A stretch of DNA of 64,000 bases from Chiloscyllium plagiosum (Eukaryota), in contig NC_057718.1 of NCBI RefSeq assembly GCF_004010195.1, positions 61,773,318-61,837,317 on the forward strand. The letters are read 5' to 3'. The notes under the pieces are model-generated. The model ran no database searches and was not told the DNA's origin. It saw only the letters and a program-made list of their open reading frames with translations. The position numbers were made by a program, and so were the translations under genes. Below, piece by piece: positions 11,541 to 23,863 of the stretch. How positions within the stretch are numbered: position 1 is the stretch's first letter; each line of letters starts with the position of its first letter.

Positions 11541-13889
11541 ACAGTAGCCTAACAAATGTCAGCACAAAATATCCTGTGAGACCCATGGCAGCACCAATAG
11601 TGATGGAGAAATTAATTATAAAATATAACTATTTTAAAAATGATTCTAAAAATAGCCTGAGCTGTTACATTTAGAATACTTTTAAAACTGTGAAATAAAG
11701 ATTTGCTTCATCACATCCCTCCAAAATACTCCACTACTTGTAAAAGTGTCTAGGAGACTATGCAGTTGTTGTAAAATCCCAAGTGTTGCTTTAGCAACAA
11801 CTTGCATTCATGTAAGTGTCTTTAACGGGGCGATAATTGATAAAAAAAGCAAGTCAAATTCATTATTTGAAAAGCAAATCCTCTCTAAAGAATTAGTATT
11901 GTGTCTACAGATCTTCATTCTCTCTCAAAAATACTTTTTTACCCTTCTTCCTTCTCTATCTCTGGCCTTACACATTGGCTATACGCCCCCTCTGTCAAAC
12001 TGATAAGATTCTTAATTGCATATGGAAATTTTAAAAACATATGGTACTTTTTAAAAATTCAATATAATAAAATGCCAAAAATATTTATTCAAAGTAACTC
12101 CTCTAACGTAGACCATACAATTTGTCCCAAAAGTGCCCACAAAACAGGTCAAAGATGCCAAATACAAAATGATAAAACAATCTAATACCAATATTTTACA
12201 TATGTTTTCAGAGGCATATAGTTACACAAAGGTGGAATTGGATTTATTAAACTGCTTCAGCTGAAAGGTTCCTCAATAGCAGCATAGATAGAGTAAGTTT
12301 AGTCTTACCCTTTAAAGCAAGGAACTGCAACATACAGCTTCTAGATCTTGGAGTATGGGCTGTTATGTCCCTTGTGTGTCAATAATGTAGAACATTGCAT
12401 GTGTAGCTCCCTGACTTCCTCCTGTCTCCAGTTATAAAACAAAAAAATGCCTGTTGCTTTATAAATGTATAGATGAAATTAAATGTGACATTGTAGTTTT
12501 AATCATTCAAATAACATGTAACTAAGAAAATATATATATGTACCAAATTTATGAGAAAATGGGGTCACACTTGTATATAGTTTTACAACAGTGCCTTACA
12601 GGTTTTGCTTGTCACATAAATCTGCTTATGAAATTCTCATAAATGCACAAAGGCCTCACAGGTTCACGATTTTATAATGCAATTAATGCGTAGCAGTTTG
12701 AGAAAGCCACTGTTTCCTTGTGCCACTTCACTTGCAGTTTTAGACTCAAAGATGCATGCACCAATGATTTGTTTGAAATATGGTTGTAGTGTATGAAGAG
12801 ATGCCAACAGAAACACACCTGCGGGCACCGGAGTTTTAGAGGTGTAATGTTCTCCATTTGGCAGAACTAAATCTTCAGCAATCGCAATAACAATGGTACG
12901 TTAAAAACTTAAATTTATTTAACAAATTCAATCTTTTAATATTTTTAAAGAAAATGACCATTCTAGACCTTTCACTTAGAAAACTATGGAAATGCACAGC
13001 AGATCAGTCAGTATTTGAAAAATAAATAGTTCAAGCATAATTTCTGGATGCTGCAATCTGTTTTCCAAATTTTCTATTTGCATTGCATATTATTTCTTAA
13101 TAAAACTTTAAATTTGTCAGTAGTTATATTGCAAAGTTTTGGCTGCTGATCAAGTGCTGCACCCATGAGAAGTTTCCACCTTTCTATAAGAACAGGGAGT
13201 GATTATCTATCCATGCCCCTTCTCAAAGTGTGCAATAAAGGGCAAAGAGCCCATTCATCCCTCCGTTTTGCGCCCATTTGAAAAGGACAAAAATGGATGG
13301 TATCATAGTTACTTTAGGACATGAAAAATTTATTATATTACCCACTTTGTATCCAAGTTTTGCACCAGACACTCAAAACTTTAGTTAATATGGGAAAAAC
13401 ATAATCAACTCTTAAGAAAATTAAATGATAAGCTAAGAGCTACTGCTACCGTATTGTAAGATAAGTTTGCATTTATTATTTTAATGCAGCTGACATAGTA
13501 ATGGAAAAGGGAAAATCATATAAACATCTTAGAGGTTTGCTAACATTCCCAGAAGTAATTTCTATCATGGATTTGTTTGGTCCATGGACCAAATCTGGAG
13601 GGACAAATTCTTTCATTTTGAGTTTCAATTCAATGTAATATTATCACGAATATAAAAATAGTGAAATTTGCACACGCCTGTTGTGAGTCAGTGGGAAAGA
13701 CATTGGTAATAAAACTGGTCTTTTTCAGTAACAAACTCAGGCTTGTAGAAAATTAGCAGTCTGCTGTACACTGAGTCTGATCTTCTGTTTCATCGAAGTC
13801 AATGGACAAACCGGTTTTGTGCTAAATGAACTGCTGATGCATTAATAGTCAATTTTACGCTAATGGTGAATCCAATTTCACTGCCATTA

Positions 13890-14230
13890 CAAAGCTGAGC
13901 CCTATAAACTTAAAAAATTCCAGATTTGAAGTCCAGCCCATGCCTGATTAGCAGATCTCAAACCAAGTGACAGCAGGATGTTACAACTGACCTCAGTGCT
14001 CACAGGGTAGAAAGGGGAAAACAAACCAGGATCCCAATTCCTGATTCTCATCCAATGTTGGAAATGTAATTCAGTGGGCACTGAATGAGGACAGGATCTG
14101 GTTTGTTGTAATGCCTTCACTGATCAAATAGCTCATGGACAGAAATATAAAGAATGGCTAATTAAGGAATGTGCACAGGGGAATCCTGCAAAAGTTTACT
14201 CTAGCAGTAGTCAATGTTTTCAGAAGAAGG
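13890..14230 (+). mobile_element. Old SINE-like repeat
   Basis: Similar to 8085-8455 block by block. Confidence 0.45.
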
Positions 14231-15699
14231 GAAACAAAAATCAAAACATACTAAATTAAATAACTTAATTTATAAAACTTACTAGAAAAAGCAAAAGTGG
14301 ACATTCCTTTCTTATTACACCCATCTATGAGAACTCTGTACCTATAATTCCTAGTTTTAGTTTCTTATGGTGATAGCAACTAATCCTAGTCATTAATGGC
14401 ATTCTTGGTACTTTTCTAATTTGTGGATTTGGCCATAATTCTTTATATTGGATTTGCTATAATTACAGATTTAAGTTTAGGCATTAAGTTTTGAAATCTA
14501 ACTCAATGAAAAGCCACCAGTTCAACATCAGTATCAAACATAGTTAAGATTTTCCCATTTGACCTGAACAATATGACATACAGATTACAGAATGAGGCTA
14601 TTTCTCACAGTAATACAGTCATCCCCTTCCTGTCTCCAATCTCAAAGCCCTTCCCTCCCTATTCTGATCCACATGGTACTGCAGCCTTCTCTTCCTTCTA
14701 CCTTTCTATCTACTGATATTGATAGCCATGGCATCATCATACTTGTAAGAACAATTCAAATCAAATTCAGTCATTAAATTCCCAAGCCACATAAACAGAG
14801 TACAATCCACATTCAATTCTAAGTCAGTTGCTGCGGGCCATGGAGACAACAAATTAATTAAACTAGGTTTGAAAAAAGTCTAAGGCTTTTAACTGTTTGT
14901 TATCCTGTAATCCTTGCTGGGAAGACATCTCTGGAGTTGAAGCTTAACATGAAGTTCAAGAAATAACTTGAAGGTGGAACATGCACTTGTATTATAAACA
15001 GAACCTATTAATGATTATTAAGGAGTTAAAAAATATTATTTGAAGACAAGGCAACACCATTGCATCTCATCTTAAGTTATTATATTTCCCCACACCTGCA
15101 TAAAAAAAGCAAATACCACCAAACCGTTGAGTATTTATTTATCTATATCATACCATCTGAGCTCATCAAGGTCTCAAATGTTCAAAACAATAGCTTGGAT
15201 TTTGTGGTCAGCAGCGAAGTAACAGTCCTCGCAGCTGACCTTGAAGAAAGCTGCCCACATAAGACCTAGTGATCTCCATGGTGTGGACTTGTGGCATCAA
15301 ATCAAGGGAATCTCCAGGTGTCCAACAATGGAGATGCCATCATGACATTCTTACAGAAAACAAACTAGGAAGTAAAGTGCATTAACGTGCATTTTGTTCA
15401 ATTTTACAGCGTGAAACCAATGATTGGATTAGAATGTGAAATATCAAACAAAATTTAAGGATAATTAACTATATTAATACCTACAACATTTTATCACAGT
15501 GGAAAAGTTTTGCATTATAACATGAGTTTTCCAGGCTCAGAGACTTTCTTCAGCAGAACACATAGCCTACTACAGTGTTTAAAAACTCAGTTAAAAATCT
15601 ACTACAAGCCAACTCATTTACTGAAGTATTTAATAGTAATATTACATTATAAAAAAGGAAGCTTTTGTCAGTTGAGTGATTTTGAGACATGTCGTCTGT

Positions 15700-15868
15700 G
15701 GGGATTCAGTGTAACCTGTGAAGATGAAGGGAATCACTGACAGTAACTTGTGAATTTCTGTGTTTAACTGTGCATGTGCAGGCACCAGAACTTGCTGTTA
15801 ATTTCACAGCTGTAATGACAGCAAACACTGACAGTTTCGCTGTCATTATAACTGCAAAATCCGGGCCC
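15700..15868. mobile_element. MITE-like hairpin element
   Basis: Hairpin cagctgtaatgacagcaaac (15807-15826) / gtttcgctgtcattataactg (15834-15854), ending in caaaatccgggccc, a Harbinger-like terminus. Confidence 0.5.
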
Positions 15869-16500
15869 AAGTCTTATAAACAGAAGGTGCAACATTGGCT
15901 GAGCAAGTAGAGCAGCTATACTCAATAGTTTATTGTTTTACATAAAAGGTCCAAATAGATGGGGTTTAGTAATCAATTGACGTGGTGAAATGCAATTAAA
16001 CTGGTAGTGCCTGCATATCCAACTGCTACCTGACAATTAACTCTAAATGTACAAACAGAGTGCACAGATATGAAGATTGGTCATGTTCTCTTTGGGGGAG
16101 GAGGTCAGGGAAATAGACATCAATTAAATGTTCTGAATGCTCTGTTAGTAACAAAGAATTTATTGTCTGCTTCATTCTACAATCAAAACATCATGTTAAA
16201 AAATTTGGATAGCCAATGGTCTAAACAATCCAGCCAAATGGCCAGTAATCCCCAACCATGCAGGATACAACTCTGCACATGACACTCTGTGAATTTGTGA
16301 ATTTGATGGTTATCCGAAATGTTAAACCTTTACAGAAGACAGGCAATTTTCTCCAGCATGCTGACAAAACTTACAGGTCAGAGAAAGGGGACACGGCAGA
16401 GATAAACCTTAGCTGGAGCAGAAGCTACTTATTTGGAGTATGCCATATAAAAACAAATAACTAAATAAACTTAAAAATAAAAAAAAATGAGAAAAGCAAT

Positions 16501-16546
16501 AAATAAGCACACACAAGGTTCACCAATTAGCTTTAAAATTTTTATT
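16501..16546 (-). terminator. Polyadenylation signal with GU-rich downstream element
   Basis: Minus-strand AATAAA at 16546-16541, followed about 25 nt later by CCTTGTGTGTGCTTATTT and U-rich tracts. Confidence 0.8.
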
Positions 16547-19078
16547 AATTTTTTTTCATAAAGGGACAAAATGGGCATGTGAACAGGATAATGCAGACAA
16601 CTGCCAAAACACAGACAGTGGTTTCCAATAGACTCCTGAACTTAACATAGACCAGAAACAAATACAATAAAAGCCAGGTTGTAATGACCTTTGGTCATCT
16701 AAACAAAGAAAAAAAATTAAAAAATAAAATGGAAAAAAGATCAATTTAGTGCATCCATTTTGAACAGCGCACATAAGCAATAATAAATAGTGAATCCCAT
16801 AGTAAAAGATAATTTTCAAGTTACAACAACAGCTTTTATTACAGGAATAGAAAAGGCCGATAACAAAATATTCTGCATTGCCATTTACAAAAATGTATTG
16901 ACTCAAGCGGCTTTAATATGCTTTGCATATGAAATTTTCCCAATCTAAATATAAAGCACCATTTAGTTTTTGGCAATGAAAAAACTGCAAACATTTAATT
17001 TACTGCATATGAAGTTAGATGCTGGAATGTAGTAGGTGAGAGGTTAGGAGACAGAAGCACACTACAGAACAAACATTAGCTTGCAGTACTGTATACAGTA
17101 TGGCAGCAGGAAGGGAAAGATATGTACAACCATCCGCTTTGACCATTGGTGTGACTTTCTAAAGTTACCCCCAAGTGGCCGTTATACGACCTCTTAACTA
17201 TACAATGTCACGGGTGTGTACTTTTTTTTGTTTGTTTGTTTTTTTTTGTTGAAACGTACAAATAATTCGCACTATATTATCCTGCCAAATTAAAAAAATA
17301 TACTGTGGCAGCCTGTGTTTTTTTTCCACTACCAAAAAAAGGTACGTTGATACCTTTAAAGAACAAGCAACAGTTAAAAATACAAGCTTCAATATAAATA
17401 CTATTGTGCCTACACTAGGTGAACATTTATTTCAAATAACCATTCTAGAAATACAGAAAAGTAGAGACCATAAATGTGTTTAGCATAGGAATCAACATGT
17501 GTGCATTTTCCTATAGTTAAGTACTATATATATATATACACTATATATATATATATATATATATAATCTTAAACCTTTCCCCAATGTGAGTTTTGTACAA
17601 CCTGAAGAGCTGTGTATCCAAGGCAGAGTATCCACTAACTGTATAACATGTAGGAGTCTTGACAACCACCAAGACACTGGAACTCTAAAATATAGTCTTT
17701 CCGAACAAAATGAAGTGTCTCTTTTAAAAAAAAATCTTACCATTTATACTTAAAAAATCTGTACAAAACGTCTTGCACTGTAGGAGCGAGATTATTTATT
17801 CTAAATCAACTGCAGTCCCGTTATCGTCCACTGAGGAGACGTGATATTCAAATGTGTTGCTTTATACTTAATATTCTTTTTAAGTTTAGCCAGGTGCACT
17901 ATTCTAGTCAATGACTGGCAAATTGACATTAAACAATCAGTTCATTTTCCTTTCCTTAGTATTTTAGTAAGTTTTTTTTCCCTTAATTATATGTTTGTAA
18001 ACTGGGAAAATTGTACAGTGCACTTAATTGTCCTATCTGAGCTGTCTTTTATCCTTTTGTCTTTTTGCTCAGCCTCTGTACCCCTGATTAAAGAAAGGGC
18101 ATAGAAGTCACAAGCAGAGTCAAGTGCGATTTAAGTAAAAGCTGGGGGTGGGTGGGTAGCTGGATGAGCACTAATGTATCATCTTTATGTTTATACAACT
18201 GCTGTGTGGTGTACAAATCAAGCATGACTTTCAGGATCACAGATAGATGCTGTGACGTTAATGGATTTGTCAAGACTTTTTTTCCTCGTGTTTTGTTATT
18301 TTCATTTTGTTTCAATATTGAGAATTGGTTAACTCACTGGTAGCCAAAACAATCAGGTGCATGATGTGGAACTATTACTTGGGTCAACGTAAACCCAAGG
18401 CTACTCCTCCAGTACTAAACTGAAGAATAGAAAGAAAACCAATACAGTTTAAATAGATGCAAGGCACTCAGATTATTCAATAGTATTCACCCAATCATCT
18501 TCATCAAATTTATTTTCTTCTCCAAAAGTCAAGGCCAGCAATTGTTGTGTTCTAATTTAATATATTAACCCTTTGAGGACAGATTTTTCTTTTGGAAAAA
18601 AAATGGTTTTAACAGTGCGAATTCCAGTCTGTCCATAGAGGGTTAAACAAAGGAATAAATGGGGAGTGTTGTTTTCCCTCATTTTGTTTTCCCTCTCTAT
18701 GTTACAACCTAAACTTTACATGATATGTGTTACAGGACACTATGCAGCATGGTAGTCTTCTTTCAAAAACCAAAATAAAACAGAGAAGGGTAGTTACTCA
18801 ACACCAACTGAAGACAGAATTAAACTGCCAAACATACCATACATGCGGTCTAATAAGAGAAAAAAACAATAACATACACAACACGTAAATTATTGCACAA
18901 GAGAAAGGCTCGAGTTTGCGTAAATGCAATAGTATTGCCCCGATACAAATCATGCATTCATCAGTGACGTTAAACCAGCTGTGCTGGCATTAAGCACATG
19001 TTCCTTACGTCCTCAGCTTCCACTTCGTTTGATCACAAGAGAATAGAAAAGCTATAGGGAACTTGAGCATCAATACAC
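16520..19078 (-). other. BCL11A: BCL11A 3'UTR
   Basis: Follows the stop codon; AU-rich and free of transposons. The distal part (GTCAATACATTTTTGTAAATGGCAATGCAGAATATTTTG...GATGACCAAAGGTCATTACAACCTGG...CATTTTGTCCCTTTAT) closely resembles the mammalian BCL11A-XL 3'UTR end as I recall it. End coordinate approximate. Confidence 0.85.
17526..17564. repeat. Interrupted (TA)n microsatellite in the 3'UTR
   Basis: tatatatatatatacactatatatatatatatatatatata. Confidence 0.9.
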
Positions 19079-21093
19079 CTAATCAGTTTTTATATCATTA
19101 TTTAACAAGCGCTCACTGTGCCATTTTTTCATGTGTTTTTCGAGGGTACTATACACGCTAAAAGGCATCTGACAAATTTCACATTTGTAAACGTCTTTCC
19201 CCACCTGACCGTGCGTTTTCATATGTCGCGTGAGCTTGCTACTCTGGGCACAGGCGTAGTTGCACAGGTCACATTTGTATGGTCTCTCGCCCGTGTGGCT
19301 TCTCCGGTGGACTGTGAGATTGCTGCAGTTCTTGAAGATTTTGCCGCAAAATTCACATGTGTCACTTCGCTTGCCCTCTTTGGAGCTGGGCCGTCCAGGA
19401 CCAGGTCCAGTGATATGGGGCGTGCTTCCACCACTTCCTGTGCCACTCCGACCTGAGATCCCACCATCCATTTCTCCTGGAGGAGTGGAAAAGCGTAAAC
19501 TTCCATTTTCTGAAGAGTGCTCAGATGAAGTTGCAAAAGGCGATTGTCTGGAGTCTCCAAAGCTGAGGAATGGGTCTTTCATCTGTCGTGAGGCAGCATA
19601 ACCAGCGAGCCACTGGGAGTAAACATTGTCCGTGGGAGCCAAAGGTGCTGATGGCAAGTCAAAGTCTTTCTCAAGTTTTATGCGTTTGGAAAAAGGACTA
19701 AGGGAAGTTGGGCTTCCTAAAATAGGCTTCTTGGATAAACCTCCAGAGGCTGATTCACCTGGAGAGGAACCTCTACCATTGACTGTACCATCATCTGTGC
19801 GATCAGATTCACCAGCAACTGAATCTTCATCATAAGTATCTCTTTGAACTTCAGTTTCAGATGAGTGATGAGTCCGCTTGTGTTTTTCAACAAGAACTTG
19901 GTGAAAGCCCTCACCGTAATGTTGTATTGTATTCATGGTAATGCTGTGCATCACTTCAGGCAAAGATCTCTTCTCCTCTACAGGTCTAGAACTATTCTCA
20001 TGGTGACGCCCACTCTCTAGATTGACACCAAACGCAAAATCAGACCTATTTTCAGTTTCAGGTTCCTCCTCCTCTTCCTCCTCTTCCTCCTCCTCTTCTT
20101 CCTCTTCCTCTTCTTCCTCCTCTTCATCTCCATTTTCTGGAATCATATTGGCATCTGTTTCACTTTTGTATTTGGCTACTGCAGATTTGAGGGCACTGCT
20201 GGCACTGCCAACAAGGTCACTAGTACCCGGTTCAGGAGAGCTTGCGGTGGAAAGGCCATCATCTGACTTGACTGTCATAGGTGAGGACTTGTGCAAGTGT
20301 GTTTTCATGTGTCTCTTTAATTTGCTGGCCTGAGTGCAGGCATGATCACAAAGGTGGCACTTGTATGGTTTCTCACCGGTGTGGCTTCGACGATGCACTA
20401 TCAAATTGCTCTGAAACTTAAATGTTTTCCCACAGAATTCACAAGACTTAGATTTGAGCACAGTTTGGGCAGGAGGTGCTGTGGGCTGGAGGGGTGGGAG
20501 GGGTGGCGTGCTAAGAAATGGGGATTTGTTGCTCGACTGGAATGGTTGCAATAGCCTTTGCATAGGACTCGGACGGTTTGGTGACAATGGCGGAGTGGAA
20601 GTGTTGCCAGCCAACTCTCTAAGTCTCCTAGAGAAATCCATGGATGGTGGCTCGATAGGCATGGAGTTAAGACGAAGTACCCTGTCAAAGGCACTGGTGT
20701 GATGTACAGCCACCATAGCCATCTCCTCAGCACTCAGCCGATCCATTCGATGTGGGTCCAGGTGATGCCGGGGTGGTGGGCTAAACAACGGAGGTGTAGG
20801 GGGAAAGCGGCCTTCTCCAAGCCCTGGGGTTTCCCGTGAGACAGGCCCAGACATTCTCAGTAGGTTGAAAGGACTACTGTCAGCTATGTGAAGTCCATGA
20901 AGAGGAGGCTGAGGAGCACAGTCTGCCCCAAGTCCTGAAGGAATGCCAACCCGGGGGGTTAATGGACTTCCGTGCTCAGTCTCTAAATAAATTCTGAATC
21001 CGTGGGTGTTCTGGGCATGTTGGAGGAGAAACCATGCACTACTGAATGGCTGTTTGCAAGTTGTGCAAGTGTAACTGCTGGGCTCATCCTTTC
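19079..21093 (-). CDS. BCL11A: BCL11A (CTIP1) terminal coding exon, XL-type C-terminus
   Basis: ORF 19079..21109 reads [17 protein letters not shown]...[31 protein letters not shown]...[28 protein letters not shown]...[18 protein letters not shown]. The [19 protein letters not shown] segment and C-terminus match BCL11A rather than BCL11B. Acceptor tttgttttctcttgcag| ends at 21094, exon starts in phase 1 at 21093, TAG at 19081-19079. Confidence 0.97.
20063..20125 (-). repeat. Coding (GAR)21 repeat encoding poly-glutamate
   Basis: 63 nt of mixed GAG/GAA codons between the D and P codons. Confidence 0.95.
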
Positions 21094-22249
21094 CTGCAAG
21101 AGAAAACAAACAATGTCAGTGAGAGGGCAACTGGATGCCAATCTCAACTGCTACGTTCATGCACCTATTTAATGGAAGAAAACTCACTATTCAGAAAAAT
21201 AAAGAGCACTGTGGGACAACTTGATCGAAAAATCAATTACTTTCACACCATTTAAACGGCTGTGAACATTTCATTTTTTATCTGATCAAAACTGCTTAGG
21301 TTACTCCTCCCCTACTTGAATAATCCAGGTGGCAATGGTAATTTTGTTCCCTGCAACAACTGACCAACCTATAGATTTGCTATCCCAGTTCTCTTAGAGG
21401 GAACCTTTCTAAAGTGCAAATCAGACACTAAAATAGAAAGCCATTTTTCTACTCCGATTCCAGATATGTAGATAACAGTTATTAAAATATTTACCAGTTT
21501 AAACACCTCAATGTAAACAATGATCTAATCTCCTGACTTCGCCTATGCAAAATTGTACTGCTTCAGTGAGTAGAAAAAAACGAGAATCTGAGCTATTTTA
21601 TTCAGTCTTCTTTCTCTCCTGAAGACAGTGGCCCATGTTGAGGTATGGCAGAATAGATACTGGTCATCCTCCAGAACCTCCACATATAAAAGAGTCAAGT
21701 GCTGAGCAAAGCTCTGATCAACACTCACCTCCACTAAACCGGGGCTGCTGAAACCTAAGGCAAAAATCTCACCTGAGATCAAAGAACTCAGTTCAGAACA
21801 GGTAATGAACCTGGAAATCTGCATCTATAGGAGTCAGCTGCAGAGTACGATCACCAACAGGATCTTAGAGAGCAATGTATCTAATTCTGACTGAAACAAT
21901 TGATTGGAATTATGTCAATTAGGTCAATTGGCAACCTTAAATTGATGGCAGCAAAGTTTCTTGCATCTTCAGGACAAACCAGTAACTGTTATCCAATTAC
22001 AGAATCACAACTAATATTAGAAACTAACTTGCAAGTTTTGCAAGCCTGAGCTGATTGGGCACGGTTGGTATTCTGCTTGTCGAGTACAACAGAAGGGACA
22101 TGCTGACTGATATGATTCACTGTTTTCTGGGAAGTATGGTTACATATCTGGCATCACACCAACACTGAAATTCATATACCACATTATTCATTTGTGCGGC
22201 AGAACAATTTTTTTTTGTCTTGATGGCAGTATCCTGTTAGTGGTAAATA

Positions 22250-23062
22250 ACACCTGTGTTGCTATCGCATAGTAGTGGTGTGAAACAGCCAGCTTCATCT
22301 GTTGCTCAAACGGTAAGTAGGTACTTGGTCCCACAGATAGGCAAATCATATCAAACAAAACGTTCCTTCAAACAGAAACAAAATACTACAGCTGCTGGAA
22401 ATCTGAATTCAAAACGAAAAATGCAAGAGAAACTCGGCAGATCTAGCAGCATCTCTGGAAAGAGAAACAGAGCTAAGGTTTGATTCAAATGGTTCCAACG
22501 AAGAGTCTTTGAACTTGAAACACTAACTCGGATCCTCTCTCCACAAATGCTGCCAAACCTATTGAGTTTCTCCAGCATTTTCTGCTTTTACTTCAGATAT
22601 CCCTTCAGCTGGTTGAAACAAGTAAGGTACTGGCAGTCCCTAACTAGCCTACACTTGCAAAATTCATAACACATATCTAGCAATAGATGTGAATCCTCAA
22701 TCAGACAACATTTGCTAGATAATCCTGAATGTGTGAGGAATTATACTGGTGATCAATTTAGGATTGTCAGTTGGGCTTGCAGTGTGATACACTTACATGT
22801 ACTGGAAGCTACATATATTAATGTACAGAGCTCTGTTCTTTGCAGACAGAAAGAACACGTACATGCATTGTATTTGGTTCAAAAAATGGGTGTCAGCCAT
22901 TCACTGGTTCATTTCCCACTGCAATCCCCTGACCAATCAACTGGCACTCTCTTCTCACATGGTATAAAGGTTGATTTTCCCCTTGAATTGGTATTCTTGT
23001 CAAGTGTCCTGATGAGTACAAGCTAAAAAACTTTAGACAAAATGTATCTGTTTTCAGCAATA
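22250..23062 (+). mobile_element. Second Penelope-like family, 3' end with degenerate hammerhead; interrupted at 22371-22598
   Basis: SIRQHLLDNPECVRNYTGDQFRIVS...HLHVLEATYI...VLCRQKEHV is a GIY-YIG C-terminus. tgtc-CTGATGA-gtacaagct-aaaa...gaca at 23005-23039. Confidence 0.7.
22371..22598. mobile_element. Palindromic Penelope-derived mini-element (different family)
   Basis: Arms atctgaa...aaaatgcaagagaaactcggcagatctagcagcatctctggaaagaga and tctctccacaaatgctgccaaacctattgagtttctccagcattttc...ttcagat; flanked by gttccttca / atcccttca. Confidence 0.75.
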
Positions 23063-23538
23063 CCAAAGCTTAATATATTTGAAATTTGTTTCTCTTACAT
23101 TAACGGAGGCACTAATTCATTTACTGGAGCTTTGTTTGAGGTCTTCAAAATAAGGAAAGGATTACACTCAGTCTCTCTAGCTTAGTTATTCAAGCTACAA
23201 AAATTGTGAAGGACCGGGGGCAAGTAGAAGTTACATTACCCAGGTGAAAATTCAGAAGGTCTTTCCTTTAATAATTCTTTAAATAAGTTGAGCACAGAGT
23301 GTACAGCAAGTATTAAAAGTTCCATATGTACCTAACATAACCTTACAAAGAAAACAGGTGGTATATAGGAAGCTGTCTCCGAGTTATGATGTTCTCCTGG
23401 GACTTTGTTACAATTTTGAGGTTTATATATGGATTGTATTATGGGGTTGTACTTTAAATTTAGAGTATAGGAAGGGTGAGTTATATAACCTATTCTGCAG
23501 TCTGTCTGACAGCATAGCTGGTAGTTTGATTCTGGAGT

Positions 23539-23863
23539 TTAGATTAAATTAGGTTCCCTAGTATGGAAACAGGTTCTCCAGCCCAACAAGTCCACACCGA
23601 CTCTCCAAAGAGTAACCTACCCAGACCCATTACCGTACATTTACCCCTAACACTATGGGCAATTTAGCATGGCCAATTCACCTAACATCTTTGGATTATG
23701 GGAGGAAACTGGAACACCCAGAGGAAACCCACACAGACATGGGGAGAATGTGCAAACTCCACACAGTCACCTGAGGCGGGAATCAAACCCAGGTCCCTTG
23801 CACTGTGAGGCAACTGTGCTAATCAGTGAGCCACCACGCCGCCCCACTGAGCCACCGTGTCAC
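23539..23863 (-). mobile_element. HE1-like tRNA-derived SINE
   Basis: Minus-strand head ggcggcgtggtggctcactgattagcacagttgcctcacagtgcaagggacctgggtttgattccc (A and B boxes), V-SINE-like body, CR1-like 3' end with (tctaa)n tail; A-box region tandemly duplicated. Confidence 0.9.

Noticed and set aside
16556..16906. 116-aa hydrophobic ORF
   Set aside because: U-rich 3'UTR sequence with a non-ATG start.
19118..20733. Overlapping and antisense ORFs inside the BCL11A exon, including a poly-Ser ORF
   Set aside because: Shadows of the real coding frame; poly-Ser is the antisense of poly-Glu.
21094..21109. ORF-track start MFSLA for BCL11A
   Set aside because: Intronic polypyrimidine tract and acceptor with a TTG start; not the real N-terminus.
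23780..23863. tRNA gene
   Set aside because: tRNA-derived SINE head attached to an HE1 body; the same applies at 62130-62197.
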